Shown piece by piece: positions 19,261 to 28,111 of a stretch of DNA of 64,000 nt. Every line of letters starts with the position of its first letter. The first letter of the stretch is position 1. The translations under genes were made by a program, and so were the position numbers. Under the pieces are notes generated by a model, which saw only the letters and a program-made list of their open reading frames with translations, had not been told where the DNA came from and did no database searches. Origin of the DNA: Myxococcota bacterium (GTDB taxonomy: Bacteria > Myxococcota_A > SURF-8); the NCBI GenBank assembly GCA_963674735.2, contig CAXXQS010000001.1, positions 2,400,001 to 2,464,000 on the forward strand, given 5' to 3'.

Positions 19261-20166
19261 TTACAGGTAGGGCTTGAATACCTCGGCCGGTTTTCGCACG
19301 GCGACAAGCTCGTCGAAGCCGTAGCGGTCGGCGTAGTAGGTCCACAACCCGTCGCAAATGCCGTCATAGCAACAGCCGCGGCACTGGGGACCGCAGGTTT
19401 TTTCGCTATGGGGACGAAACGTTTCCCCGTGCTCCAACTTGATGAGCTTTTCGCTGAAGCGCTCCAGGCCTGCGAGAACGCACATAGGCAGACCGCAAAC
19501 GTCGGGTATGTTCATGGTCATCCCCCGCCGCTCACCCAGTGCAACCGCCGCCTTCAGCTCGTCCATAAAGCTTGAAATACGACAGATGAGATTCGGAGCC
19601 TTGAGCGCCTGGTGGTGGGGATTGATGTAGCTGGTCACGATGCGATGGCCCGCCCCGAATTCGTCGGCGATGAAGCGGACGGTTTCGACGATCTGCCGCC
19701 GATTGGCGCGACAGATCACGAAGCTGAAGCGGACGAGCACATGCCGCGCCAGCAGGTTATGGATGCCCTGGACGGTCAGGTCGAAACCACCGGGTCGGCG
19801 CGTGAGGGCGTCGGACAGACGGGCATGGGGCGCATGCAGCGACACGAACACCTGCTCCAGGCCCGCCGCCTGCATGCCGTCCGCGTAACGTCGGTCGGCA
19901 AAGCGCATGCCGTTGGTTTGGATGATGGCGTGCCGGCCGTTGTCCCGGGCGATCTTGACGGCCAGCGGCAAAAGCGGCGAGAGGGTCGGTTCGCCGCCGG
20001 AAATCTCGATAACCCCATTGGGTGGAGCCTCAAGCACCCGTCGTCTCAGTTCCGCGGGCGACAGCGCATAGTTCTCCGCGCTGCTTTGCGGATCGACGCA
20101 GCAGAAAAGGCAGCGTTGGTTACAGCGCGTTTCGATACGCAAGGGTCTCATGCGGGCTCCATTCAC
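19261..20166 (-). CDS. Radical SAM protein (HxsC-like architecture)
   Basis: CNQRCLFC, SGGEPTL, IQTNG, GLPMC; C-terminal CxxCxxxxxCxG motif (QCRGCCYDGICDGLW..Y...YG). Confidence 0.85.
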   Translation of the reverse strand: MNGARMRPLRIETRCNQRCLFCCVDPQSSAENYALSPAELRRRVLEAPPNGVIEISGGEPTLSPLLPLAVKIARDNGRHAIIQTNGMRFADRRYADGMQAAGLEQVFVSLHAPHARLSDALTRRPGGFDLTVQGIHNLLARHVLVRFSFVICRANRRQIVETVRFIADEFGAGHRIVTSYINPHHQALKAPNLICRISSFMDELKAAVALGERRGMTMNIPDVCGLPMCVLAGLERFSEKLIKLEHGETFRPHSEKTCGPQCRGCCYDGICDGLWTYYADRYGFDELVAVRKPAEVFKPYL

Positions 20167-20295
20167 AAAGCGTTTGATCGCTCGGAATCATAACGCCGCA
20201 GACGGACCTGCGCAATGGGAAATGATCCTACAAGACAAAGCACGGCTGTTGCAGGAAACGAAGGGATGGGAGAAATCGGAACCAACCCGGATCTC

Positions 20296-20477
20296 ACGGC
20301 GTTTCAATTCTAAGCTTTTCACCATTTTCCACCCACTCTAATTCGGCTTAGGGGGTGCCATGGGCCAAGCCTTTGGCTCGCCCATGCTGTTTTCACGTGC
20401 AAACCTGACGGTTTTGCCCGTGCCACCCATCACCAATCGAAGATAATTCGAGACTGAATCAGAATTGAAACGCCCAG
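20296..20477. mobile_element. MITE-like element, copy 1, with internal REP doublet
   Basis: Perfect 14-bp IR GGCGTTTCAATTCT (20298) / AGAATTGAAACGCC (ends 20474); flanking 10-bp direct repeat CCCGGATCTC at 20286 and 20478; second copy at 24255. Confidence 0.8.
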
Positions 20478-20495
20478 CCCGGATCTCCGGTTTGC

Positions 20496-20524
20496 TTGAC
20501 AAAACGACGACTGATGCACATAAT
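20496..20524 (+). promoter_or_regulatory. sigma70 promoter of barrel paralogue A
   Basis: TTGACA-N17-CATAAT. Confidence 0.7.
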
Positions 20525-20564
20525 CAGCCACGTGTATTATCCATAATAATTATCGAGGCTTTCG

Positions 20565-21224
20565 ATGTCGGTTCGGACGATTTTTCGGTGTTTCGTCTTG
20601 TTTGTCCTCCTCGGTGTGGCGCTCTGGGCCAATGCTGCGCCGCTGTGGGCGGCGGATGCTCTTCCCGCCACGCCGCCTGCGACGCCGCCCGTTGTCGATT
20701 CCACCTTGCCGACCGACACGCAAGAGAACGCCGCGGCACCCGACGGTGAAGGCGAGACGCCTCCCGACACCACGCCGCGCTTCGGTTTCGCTCTCAAACC
20801 GACGTATATGGTGATGGTACATTCCAGTGCCGATGACCTTATTCATGGGGCCGGGCTGAACTTTCAGTTCGACTACTACGCCATCCCCCATTGGCTGGAT
20901 GTATCCTTCGATTTCAGTGTGCTCGTTTCGTCTTGGCTTGTGTTGGACATCCCGATCGCTGTCACGGTCACTGCCCATCTGATGGATTCGAATCGATTCT
21001 GGCCGTATATCGGTTTGGGGGCAAAGGCTATGTTTACACGAGTTTTGATTATCGAAAATTTGTACGGAGGCGTTGTTCTGGCTGGAGTGAAATGGCTGCT
21101 ATTCACGAATTCCGGCCTCCTCGCCGAATTTCGATTTTCGCCACTTTACATGAAAAATAACGATGGCAGCGCATCGTTTCAGAAGACTTATGAAATCAGT
21201 CTCGGGTATGTTTGGCGGTTTTAA
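20565..21224 (+). CDS. Small outer-membrane beta-barrel protein, paralogue A (OmpW/OmpA-like)
   Basis: Signal peptide, Pro/Thr linker, amphipathic strands, WPYIGLG, C-terminal beta-signal SLGYVWRF. Confidence 0.75.
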   Translation: MSVRTIFRCFVLFVLLGVALWANAAPLWAADALPATPPATPPVVDSTLPTDTQENAAAPDGEGETPPDTTPRFGFALKPTYMVMVHSSADDLIHGAGLNFQFDYYAIPHWLDVSFDFSVLVSSWLVLDIPIAVTVTAHLMDSNRFWPYIGLGAKAMFTRVLIIENLYGGVVLAGVKWLLFTNSGLLAEFRFSPLYMKNNDGSASFQKTYEISLGYVWRF

Positions 21225-21364
21225 TATTCTTCCGAAAGCCCGGCCATCCCGTCGAAGCGAAACACGCTTGTGCCTTCGTCGAAAAATTGTGTACAATCGC
21301 AGACATGCATTTTCTGAGGCAATGACCACTGAGAATTTTGCCCCCGGGTCAGTGCGGAGGATCG

Positions 21365-23578
21365 ATGGGAGGAGACAGAGCTATCCGGTTGAATCGGGAT
21401 TCGCGCTACCGATGGGAGCGTCCGCAAAGCGGGCGGCGCTTCTGTTTTTTATGGGTTGTGCTTTCTGTATTGCTCGTCGGTCGCGCAGCCTACGGCATCA
21501 CCCCGGAAGAGACCCTGGCCATTTCCGAGCGCTTCGCCAACCGACTTTTTTGCGAAACCCTGACGATCACGGGCGTAACGGTAAACATCGACGACACCCT
21601 GTTGTCCGTGACTCGCGGAGCCGAATCCGAGCCGTCCGTCTTCGTCGATCTCGTCCTGCTATCCGAGGCCGAAAACGAAAATTTCCGTACCCGCAATTTC
21701 GCCGGGCGTATCCGCGATCCGCAACTCAGGCTTTCGGAGGCTGAGCGGCAATGCCTCGTCCGTTTTCTGAAGCAGCAGGATACGACCGATCTGGACCTTG
21801 AAACCGCCCCCGTCCCCGTCGTCGGCAAGGCCACCGATCATCCGTTTACCTTCTTGCATCTGCCGAACCTGTCCCAGCGAATCGGGTACTACCTGCTCGC
21901 CCTGATCGTCGCCGTCATCTTGCTGCGCCGGTTCATCGCCGCGAAGGGGTGGCGTTCGCCGGACTTCATTCTGCGTGATCCGCGCTGGATCGGGCTGATG
22001 GCGCTTTTCGTTTTTCTGGCCGTGCTGGTGCCGGACGTGATGCCGGTGCACGAACACAATTCCTATCTGTCCCGCTCGGACTGCGCCTACGACTGGACCA
22101 GCCACAGCCTCAGGCCGTGGGGATTGGCGACCTATAGCTTGTACGGCCTGGCCCTGCACCTGGTTCCCTACCGGGTTGGCGTACTGGGCTACCTCTGCCT
22201 CGCTTTCAGCGTCGCCTCGCTGTTGCTGATGGGCGCTTTCTTACGTCGCCTCTTCACCGAGTTCGGCCACGCAGGAGCGGGAGCCTGGATCGCCTGGCTG
22301 GCGGCGGCTTTCTGCGTCGTGCATCCAGCCTTTCTGCGCATGTCGGTGGCGGCGACGTTTTTTCCTTACACCATGTGCCTGCTCTTCGGAGCCGGGATCG
22401 CCGGACTCGACACCAGACGCGACGCGCGCTTCTGGATGGCGTTCGCGGCGCTGATCCTGCTGGCCTTCGCCGCCATGGGAATCTGGGTGCAGCTCGTCTG
22501 GCTGCCGCTGGCCGTCATCGCGCCGTTTTGCTGGAGGCCCGCCCCATTGCGGCCACCCCAAAAACGCGCCTTGTTCGGATACCTCGGAGCGCTGGCGCTC
22601 TTCGGCCTGTTCGTGCTTCCCTACACGATGGAAGTCGCCCGGATTTTGTTCGGGTTCGGCGGTCACGGCGTGGGTCCCGAGATCAACGAGTGGTGGCCGT
22701 TTACGCTGATCTACTCCCGTTTCAACCTGACCCCCGCTCCGCTGGTCGTGTTGTATTGGCTGGGAGTCTCGGTGTCGGCCCTCGCCCTTCTGTACGGAAA
22801 GTGGTTTTTGCTGCCTATCCTATATGCCTTTGCGGCGTCCGAAACGTTTTTAGGAAGCCAGGTGACGCTTTTCACCGGTTATCCGACCCGTTTCATCCAC
22901 GGCTTCGTTTCCATGTATTTTTCGGCGATTTTTGCCGCCTTGGGTTTGTACGCCCTGCTGAATTTCCTGAAGCCGAAGACGCGCGTCGCCGTCACCGGGC
23001 TGGTTCTCGCCCTGAGCGTTGCGCTGATTCCTACGGCCCGGGATTCCGTCGATTTCCTGACTAAGGAACGCATGATGAATGTCGAGTTGCGGGGGATCTC
23101 GGAAGCCATCGGGCACCTTCCGCAACATCGAACATTCATTCAGGCCTCCGCGCTATTCGGTTTTCTGGATTGCGCCCATCCGGACACCGACCCCGTCGAA
23201 GTGCATTTTCCCAGGGAGGAGTACAAAACCCGGATGCAAGACCGTTACGGGGCGAATCCCCAGTGGGTGGCGCTGGATGCTTTTCTCGACGACCCGAGCC
23301 TCGCGGACCCCGCATCGAGCCTCGTCTATATCGGATCGAGCCTGCAATCGTTCGTGCCCTGCGAAATCCGGGAAAAGCGCGTGCCGAAAAGCCTGGAACG
23401 GCCGCTGCTCCAACGCCTGAAAGCGCGCTATCGCCTGGAACCGGTCTTCGTTTTCGAGGTGCCCACCCGCCAGCATGTTGCCGTATCGGCGCGCCTGGCG
23501 GCAGACCGAAAAGAATCCGTGGAGTTCGGATTCTATCGCCTGCATCCACGCCGCCATGAAACGGAGCGGCAAGAATGA
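21365..23578 (+). CDS. Polytopic membrane protein, possible GT-C-fold glycosyltransferase
   Basis: Periplasmic N-terminal domain, about 11 TM segments, RFIHGF motif, soluble C-terminal domain. Start uncertain. Confidence 0.5.
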   Translation: MGGDRAIRLNRDSRYRWERPQSGRRFCFLWVVLSVLLVGRAAYGITPEETLAISERFANRLFCETLTITGVTVNIDDTLLSVTRGAESEPSVFVDLVLLSEAENENFRTRNFAGRIRDPQLRLSEAERQCLVRFLKQQDTTDLDLETAPVPVVGKATDHPFTFLHLPNLSQRIGYYLLALIVAVILLRRFIAAKGWRSPDFILRDPRWIGLMALFVFLAVLVPDVMPVHEHNSYLSRSDCAYDWTSHSLRPWGLATYSLYGLALHLVPYRVGVLGYLCLAFSVASLLLMGAFLRRLFTEFGHAGAGAWIAWLAAAFCVVHPAFLRMSVAATFFPYTMCLLFGAGIAGLDTRRDARFWMAFAALILLAFAAMGIWVQLVWLPLAVIAPFCWRPAPLRPPQKRALFGYLGALALFGLFVLPYTMEVARILFGFGGHGVGPEINEWWPFTLIYSRFNLTPAPLVVLYWLGVSVSALALLYGKWFLLPILYAFAASETFLGSQVTLFTGYPTRFIHGFVSMYFSAIFAALGLYALLNFLKPKTRVAVTGLVLALSVALIPTARDSVDFLTKERMMNVELRGISEAIGHLPQHRTFIQASALFGFLDCAHPDTDPVEVHFPREEYKTRMQDRYGANPQWVALDAFLDDPSLADPASSLVYIGSSLQSFVPCEIREKRVPKSLERPLLQRLKARYRLEPVFVFEVPTRQHVAVSARLAADRKESVEFGFYRLHPRRHETERQE

Positions 23579-23642
23579 GCACGCGCGGTAACGGCATACG
23601 TTCTTAAAGCCGCTGCAGCTCCCCCTTTTTTGCAATCCGGAT

Positions 23643-23891
23643 TCAGCCATAGAGACGCATGGCGTGCCCCACGCGTCGCAGGCCGCCGTCGGAACTCGAT
23701 TCCACGCAGACGCCTTCCACCAGCGTCGCCCCGCGCTGGATCAGAAAACGCAGGGCTGCATGCACGTTTTCCTCTCCGGCCTGCACCCACAAACGCGGGT
23801 TCACGTCCAAGGCGGTCGCCTGGGCCTGGATGGTGGCATCCAAATCCAGTTGGCTGTCTCCGCTTACATAAAGAATCGTTCCCTTGCGCAT
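23643..23891 (-). CDS. 82-aa hypothetical protein downstream of the cobalamin riboswitch (degenerate CbiX-like)
   Basis: Strong AAAGGAG RBS before MRKGTILYVSGDS; beta-alpha pattern recalls short CbiX. Confidence 0.7.
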   Translation of the reverse strand: MRKGTILYVSGDSQLDLDATIQAQATALDVNPRLWVQAGEENVHAALRFLIQRGATLVEGVCVESSSDGGLRRVGHAMRLYG

Positions 23892-24004
23892 CGTGCGGCT
23901 CCTTTCGCTGTGGCCGCCCCGATCTCGGATGGTAGGTGGACAGGCTGACGGAAAATCCGAAAGCGGTCCCAACGCCCAGTCCGCGAGGCGTGGTTCAGGG
24001 ATCC

Positions 24005-24170
24005 GTTCAGGTCAGTCTCCGGGCTGACGGCCATTATCCGCCCCGCCTTCCCAAACCGGACGGGGAGCCCGATTCAGTGGCTTTCAGGGGCGGCGTGACC
24101 GATCACCGTGACGGGATCGCGCCGGAATCGCACCGGCTTCCTGTCTTGCGTCGCATAAGCGAACCTGAAC
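24005..24170 (-). promoter_or_regulatory. Cobalamin (B12) riboswitch
   Basis: Minus strand reads AGGTT..ACAGGAAGCCGGTGCGATTCCGGCGCGATCCCGTCACGGTGA..GCCACTG..GGGAAGG..AGCCCGGAGACTGACCT, i.e. the conserved core motifs and the B12 box. Confidence 0.92.
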
Positions 24171-24254
24171 AGTCCACTCAATAGCACGCAAGCGGTCCGT
24201 GCGTCAAGCGTCAAATTCAGCGCGTCCGACCCGTTCGGCGGTCTCCCGCTTTCC

Positions 24255-24437
24255 ACGGCGTTTCACTTCAAAGCTTTTCACCGTTTTCCACCCACTATAA
24301 TTCGGTTTACGGGGTGCCATGGGCCAAGCCTTTGGCTTGCCCATGCTGTTTTCACGGGCAAACCTGACGGTTTAGCCCGTGCCACCCATCATCGATCGAT
24401 GATTATTCGAGACTAAATTCGGAATTGAAACACCCGA
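24255..24437. mobile_element. MITE-like element, copy 2
   Basis: Collinear with 20296-20477; imperfect IR GGCGTTTCACTTC / GAATTGAAACACC; flanks CCCGCTTTCC / CCCACTTTCA (8/10 match). Confidence 0.75.
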
Positions 24438-24569
24438 CCCACTTTCACCAGGCTTGACAGCGCCGTGCCCGCCGCACTACACTCCAAACGCTCGCAACAA
24501 CGGATCGGAAAACACGCCGCTCCAGTCTGCGCGACAAGCGCGCTCTCTCTTTGATTCGGGGTCGTCAAG

Positions 24570-25511
24570 ATGTACAACATGGCTCAATGGCGCATATTAT
24601 TAGTCATACCATTGATTATCGGGCTCGTCCTCCTCTTCGCAGCCTGTCAATCCGCGACTCAAGCCGAGACTCCGCCGGTAAGCGAAGCGTCCCCCGATCA
24701 ACCGGCCCGGCGCATCATCAGCCAGTTACCGGCTCTCACCGAAATCGTCTTCGCCCTGGGTTTGCAGGATCGCCTCGTCGGCGTGACCGACTTTTGCCGC
24801 TATCCGCCGGAAGCGCTTGCCCTGCCCAAAATCGGCGGCATGATCAATCCCAACAAGGAAGCCGTGCTGGCGCTGAAACCCGACCTGATTCTGATCCAGG
24901 AAAACATGCCCGACCTGATCCGGGCCTATCACGCACTTGGGCTGAAAACGCTGGCCGTCAAGGCCGACTCCCGCCAGAGCGCCCTCGATGCCATCCAGCT
25001 TGTCGGCGATGCGACGGGCGTTCCGCAAAAGGCCACCCGCCTGCGCAGCGCCATAGCCGAAAAGCTGGAAGACGTCCGCCGCCGAGCCGCTGCCCGGCCT
25101 TCCGTCACCGCCATGGTCGTTGTGGGGCACGGACAGGGAACCTTGCGCGACATCTGGCTGGCCGGTGCGGGATCGTTTCTCGATGAACTGCTTGAGCTGG
25201 CGGGTGGCCGTAACATTGTCGGTGGACAAGCCCTCGCCTACCCCAAAATTTCCCTCGAAGATATCGCACAATCCTCGCCGCAAGCGATACTGGTGCATGT
25301 AGACCACGAGCTGTCCGACGCGGAGAAAGCGGTCGAGCGAGCCTTATGGGATCCGCTCGCCACCGTCGAGGCGGTACGCAACCGGCGCGTGTGCATCGTG
25401 GATGGCGATTGGGCCTTTCTCCCCGGCCCGCGTATGCCGAAAATCGCCGAAGCCTTTTTCGCCTGCCTGCACAGTCCGCCGCCTGGCGCTTCCTCCGCCG
25501 ACGCGCCCTGA
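24570..25511 (+). CDS. btuF: Cobalamin/Fe-siderophore ABC transporter substrate-binding lipoprotein (BtuF-like)
   Basis: Lipobox FAAC; RIISQLPALTEIVFALG, VGVTDFCRYP, PNKEAVLALKPDL, PGPR. Confidence 0.8.
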   Translation: MYNMAQWRILLVIPLIIGLVLLFAACQSATQAETPPVSEASPDQPARRIISQLPALTEIVFALGLQDRLVGVTDFCRYPPEALALPKIGGMINPNKEAVLALKPDLILIQENMPDLIRAYHALGLKTLAVKADSRQSALDAIQLVGDATGVPQKATRLRSAIAEKLEDVRRRAAARPSVTAMVVVGHGQGTLRDIWLAGAGSFLDELLELAGGRNIVGGQALAYPKISLEDIAQSSPQAILVHVDHELSDAEKAVERALWDPLATVEAVRNRRVCIVDGDWAFLPGPRMPKIAEAFFACLHSPPPGASSADAP

Positions 25512-25652
25512 CACGCTCCTGAAATTCGCCATCCGAAAAGTGTCGGAGTCCCTTTCCTTCCGCGAATATTTCGTTTATCATGCTGGCGTTGTCCATCATT
25601 TTCCGTTCGCCGCGACGACGGCCGAGACTCGCTTAACCAAACAGGAGCGCCC

Positions 25653-28064
25653 ATGCCGTATGCAACCCGATTCCTTCTCGTGATCCTGTTGCTTTTCACG
25701 TTCGCCTGCTCGTCCGCCAACGACGATCCGGTCCCCGGCGACGGCGACAGCTCGTCCGATGGCGATAGTGAAAGCGACGGCAATGAATCCCCCGACGGCG
25801 ACATGGATGACGCGACCGATGGCGATGGAGAACATGACGGCGATGTCGAAGCGGAGATCGAAGAAGAAGAGAGCGTTCCCGACGGTCTGCCCACGCGGCC
25901 GGATATCGCTCCCACAATGATCGTACGCCCCGAGGACAAGGCGGTCATTCTCGATCGTATCACGCGCGCCCCCTTCGATCAGATTCTCAGCGAAATCGAG
26001 TCCGTCGCCGCGCGCAACCATGTGGACCTACCCCCCGACACCTTCGATTCCGACGAACAGCGCAACGGCGAAACCGCCCTGGCCGCCGCGTTTCTGGCCT
26101 GGCTGAACGACGACGCCGCCCAGGCCGAAAAGGCCCGCGATTTCATGTCGCAATTGTCCGACAACTACGCCAGCCACACCGACGGCGACATCAACATCCG
26201 CCTGCCCTCCATCATCCTGGGCTACACCTTTGCTCTCGATCTGCTGGTCGGGGCCGGTCTCATTCCCGACGATGAAGCGACGGCGTTGGAAAACAAACTC
26301 ACGACGCTGGTCGATGCTTTCTACGTCGATTACATCGAAGACTATCTCAACCTGATGTTGATTCACTACACCCAGAACAACCACCCCATCCGTACCGCTT
26401 GTTCCATCGGCACCGCCGCACTGGCCTTTCCCGAGCATCCCGAGGCGCGCAAATGGGCCGACTGGGCCTTTTCCGAGCTCGATTATCTCTGGGGCCCCGA
26501 GGGGCAGTACGTGCAGGCGGACGGCGGCGTGTCCGAGGGCTCGCTCTACTACCGCTTCGCCTTCGCGCCCTCCCTGGCGCTGTTTCACGCCTGGCACAAC
26601 CGCATCGGGACACCGCGCATGTTCTCGCGCAACTGCGTCAACCGCATCGATCAAGATCCCTGGGCGGATTACGTGTGTACCGACGGCGAGCCTTTCGTCT
26701 TCAACAACCCCTTGTTCGAAGAACGCTTCCAGCTCAGCGTCGACTGGTTCCTCAACCTGCGCATGCCCGACGGCCGCCGCCCGCCCATGGAAGACAGTTC
26801 CTTCAAGGACGGCAACGGCGGGGCGATCATGGCGCGCTACATGGATCGGCCCGACCTCGTGTGGGACTGGCACACCAACAACCTCAACATGGACGGCGGC
26901 ATGGATCTACGCATCCAGCACTTGGCCTACGCCCCCGAGCTTCCCGACGCCCAACCGCCCGAGTGGACCCACCGCGTGATGCCCATCGCCGGGCAGGCGG
27001 TTTTTCGTACCGGTTGGGAATCCGACGCGCTCTGGGTGATGATGACCGCCGAGCATGGCTCCGCGCGCAAAACCGTGCACGACCACGTGGACGGCGGCTC
27101 CTACACCCTGCACGCCTACGGCGAATACCTGCTCATGGATACCGGCTATTACAAGCCCAACATGGCCACCAACGCCGTCACCGCCCACGCGCGCGCCCAC
27201 AACCTGCTGATGATCGCCGAGGAGCCGGTGCCCGGCAAAGGCCTGCTCACCAACTTCGGAGACGCCGACGCCTTCCTCGAAAACGAGGCCCTCTCGGATA
27301 ATCTGGCGTATGTCGAGGCGCGTCAGCCCATCGATATCACCACCACCACGCGCCATCTGGCCCTGGTGCGCAACCGCTACGTGGCCGACGTGTACCGTCT
27401 GGAAACGAGCAACACCGAGTTGCGCCACCATACCTGGCGTATGCACGGCTACGCCGGGATGGACGAAGTGGGTTCGTTCGCGCTCGAAGCCGATCACGCC
27501 TTGTGGGAACGTCCCGCCGCCGGAGTGGCCGTCTATCTGGGCTCCACCGCGCCCGGTCTGACGATCGAAGCGCCACCCTATGAAGAAGGCCAGGCTCCCT
27601 ATGTACACAAAATCGAAGGCGACGAACATCATCATGGGGTGATGGACGGCGTTATCGAGGCGGTCAAGCCCGGCTTCGTGTCTGTGGCGATCCCCTACCG
27701 TGTGGGAGCCGCCGACGGCGCGACCGATGCCCTTTTACCGGTGACCGCCTTGGAAGTCGACGGCGTCAGCGAAGGCGTGGCGGGTTGGTGGGTGGATCAC
27801 GGCGCGGGCCGCGATTTGCTGCTTCTACGCGAAGCGAGTGCCCCTACCGCATTGACCGTTGGTCCGCTTTTGACCCTCGACACCGATGCCGAAATGGTGA
27901 TCCTGGGCCTCGATGAATCCGACGCACCCGAGTTCGTGCTGATCGCACGCGGCAGCTACGTCAAGTGGCAGGAGGCCATGCTCATCGAAAACGCCACCGA
28001 GCCGGTGACGCTGCTCGACCCCGGTTCCGGCATGCCGCCGCCCTACGATAACGAAACGAGATAG
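25653..28064 (+). CDS. Heparinase II/III-like polysaccharide lyase lipoprotein
   Basis: Lipobox TFAC, DGD linker, QNNH, DGGVSEGSLYY, HDHVDGGSY, DTGYY, AHNLL. Confidence 0.8.
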   Translation: MPYATRFLLVILLLFTFACSSANDDPVPGDGDSSSDGDSESDGNESPDGDMDDATDGDGEHDGDVEAEIEEEESVPDGLPTRPDIAPTMIVRPEDKAVILDRITRAPFDQILSEIESVAARNHVDLPPDTFDSDEQRNGETALAAAFLAWLNDDAAQAEKARDFMSQLSDNYASHTDGDINIRLPSIILGYTFALDLLVGAGLIPDDEATALENKLTTLVDAFYVDYIEDYLNLMLIHYTQNNHPIRTACSIGTAALAFPEHPEARKWADWAFSELDYLWGPEGQYVQADGGVSEGSLYYRFAFAPSLALFHAWHNRIGTPRMFSRNCVNRIDQDPWADYVCTDGEPFVFNNPLFEERFQLSVDWFLNLRMPDGRRPPMEDSSFKDGNGGAIMARYMDRPDLVWDWHTNNLNMDGGMDLRIQHLAYAPELPDAQPPEWTHRVMPIAGQAVFRTGWESDALWVMMTAEHGSARKTVHDHVDGGSYTLHAYGEYLLMDTGYYKPNMATNAVTAHARAHNLLMIAEEPVPGKGLLTNFGDADAFLENEALSDNLAYVEARQPIDITTTTRHLALVRNRYVADVYRLETSNTELRHHTWRMHGYAGMDEVGSFALEADHALWERPAAGVAVYLGSTAPGLTIEAPPYEEGQAPYVHKIEGDEHHHGVMDGVIEAVKPGFVSVAIPYRVGAADGATDALLPVTALEVDGVSEGVAGWWVDHGAGRDLLLLREASAPTALTVGPLLTLDTDAEMVILGLDESDAPEFVLIARGSYVKWQEAMLIENATEPVTLLDPGSGMPPPYDNETR

Positions 28065-28111
28065 ATAGCACGTTTGCGTCACCCAACCGAATAACGAAAG
28101 AGAGAGCTTTC

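Noticed and set aside
20298-20474. CRISPR-repeat-like ends (GTTTCAAT / ATTGAAAC) in the MITE IRs
   Set aside because: They match the common 8-nt repeat end, but are inverted rather than direct, have no spacers and have no Cas1 nearby; treated as coincidence.
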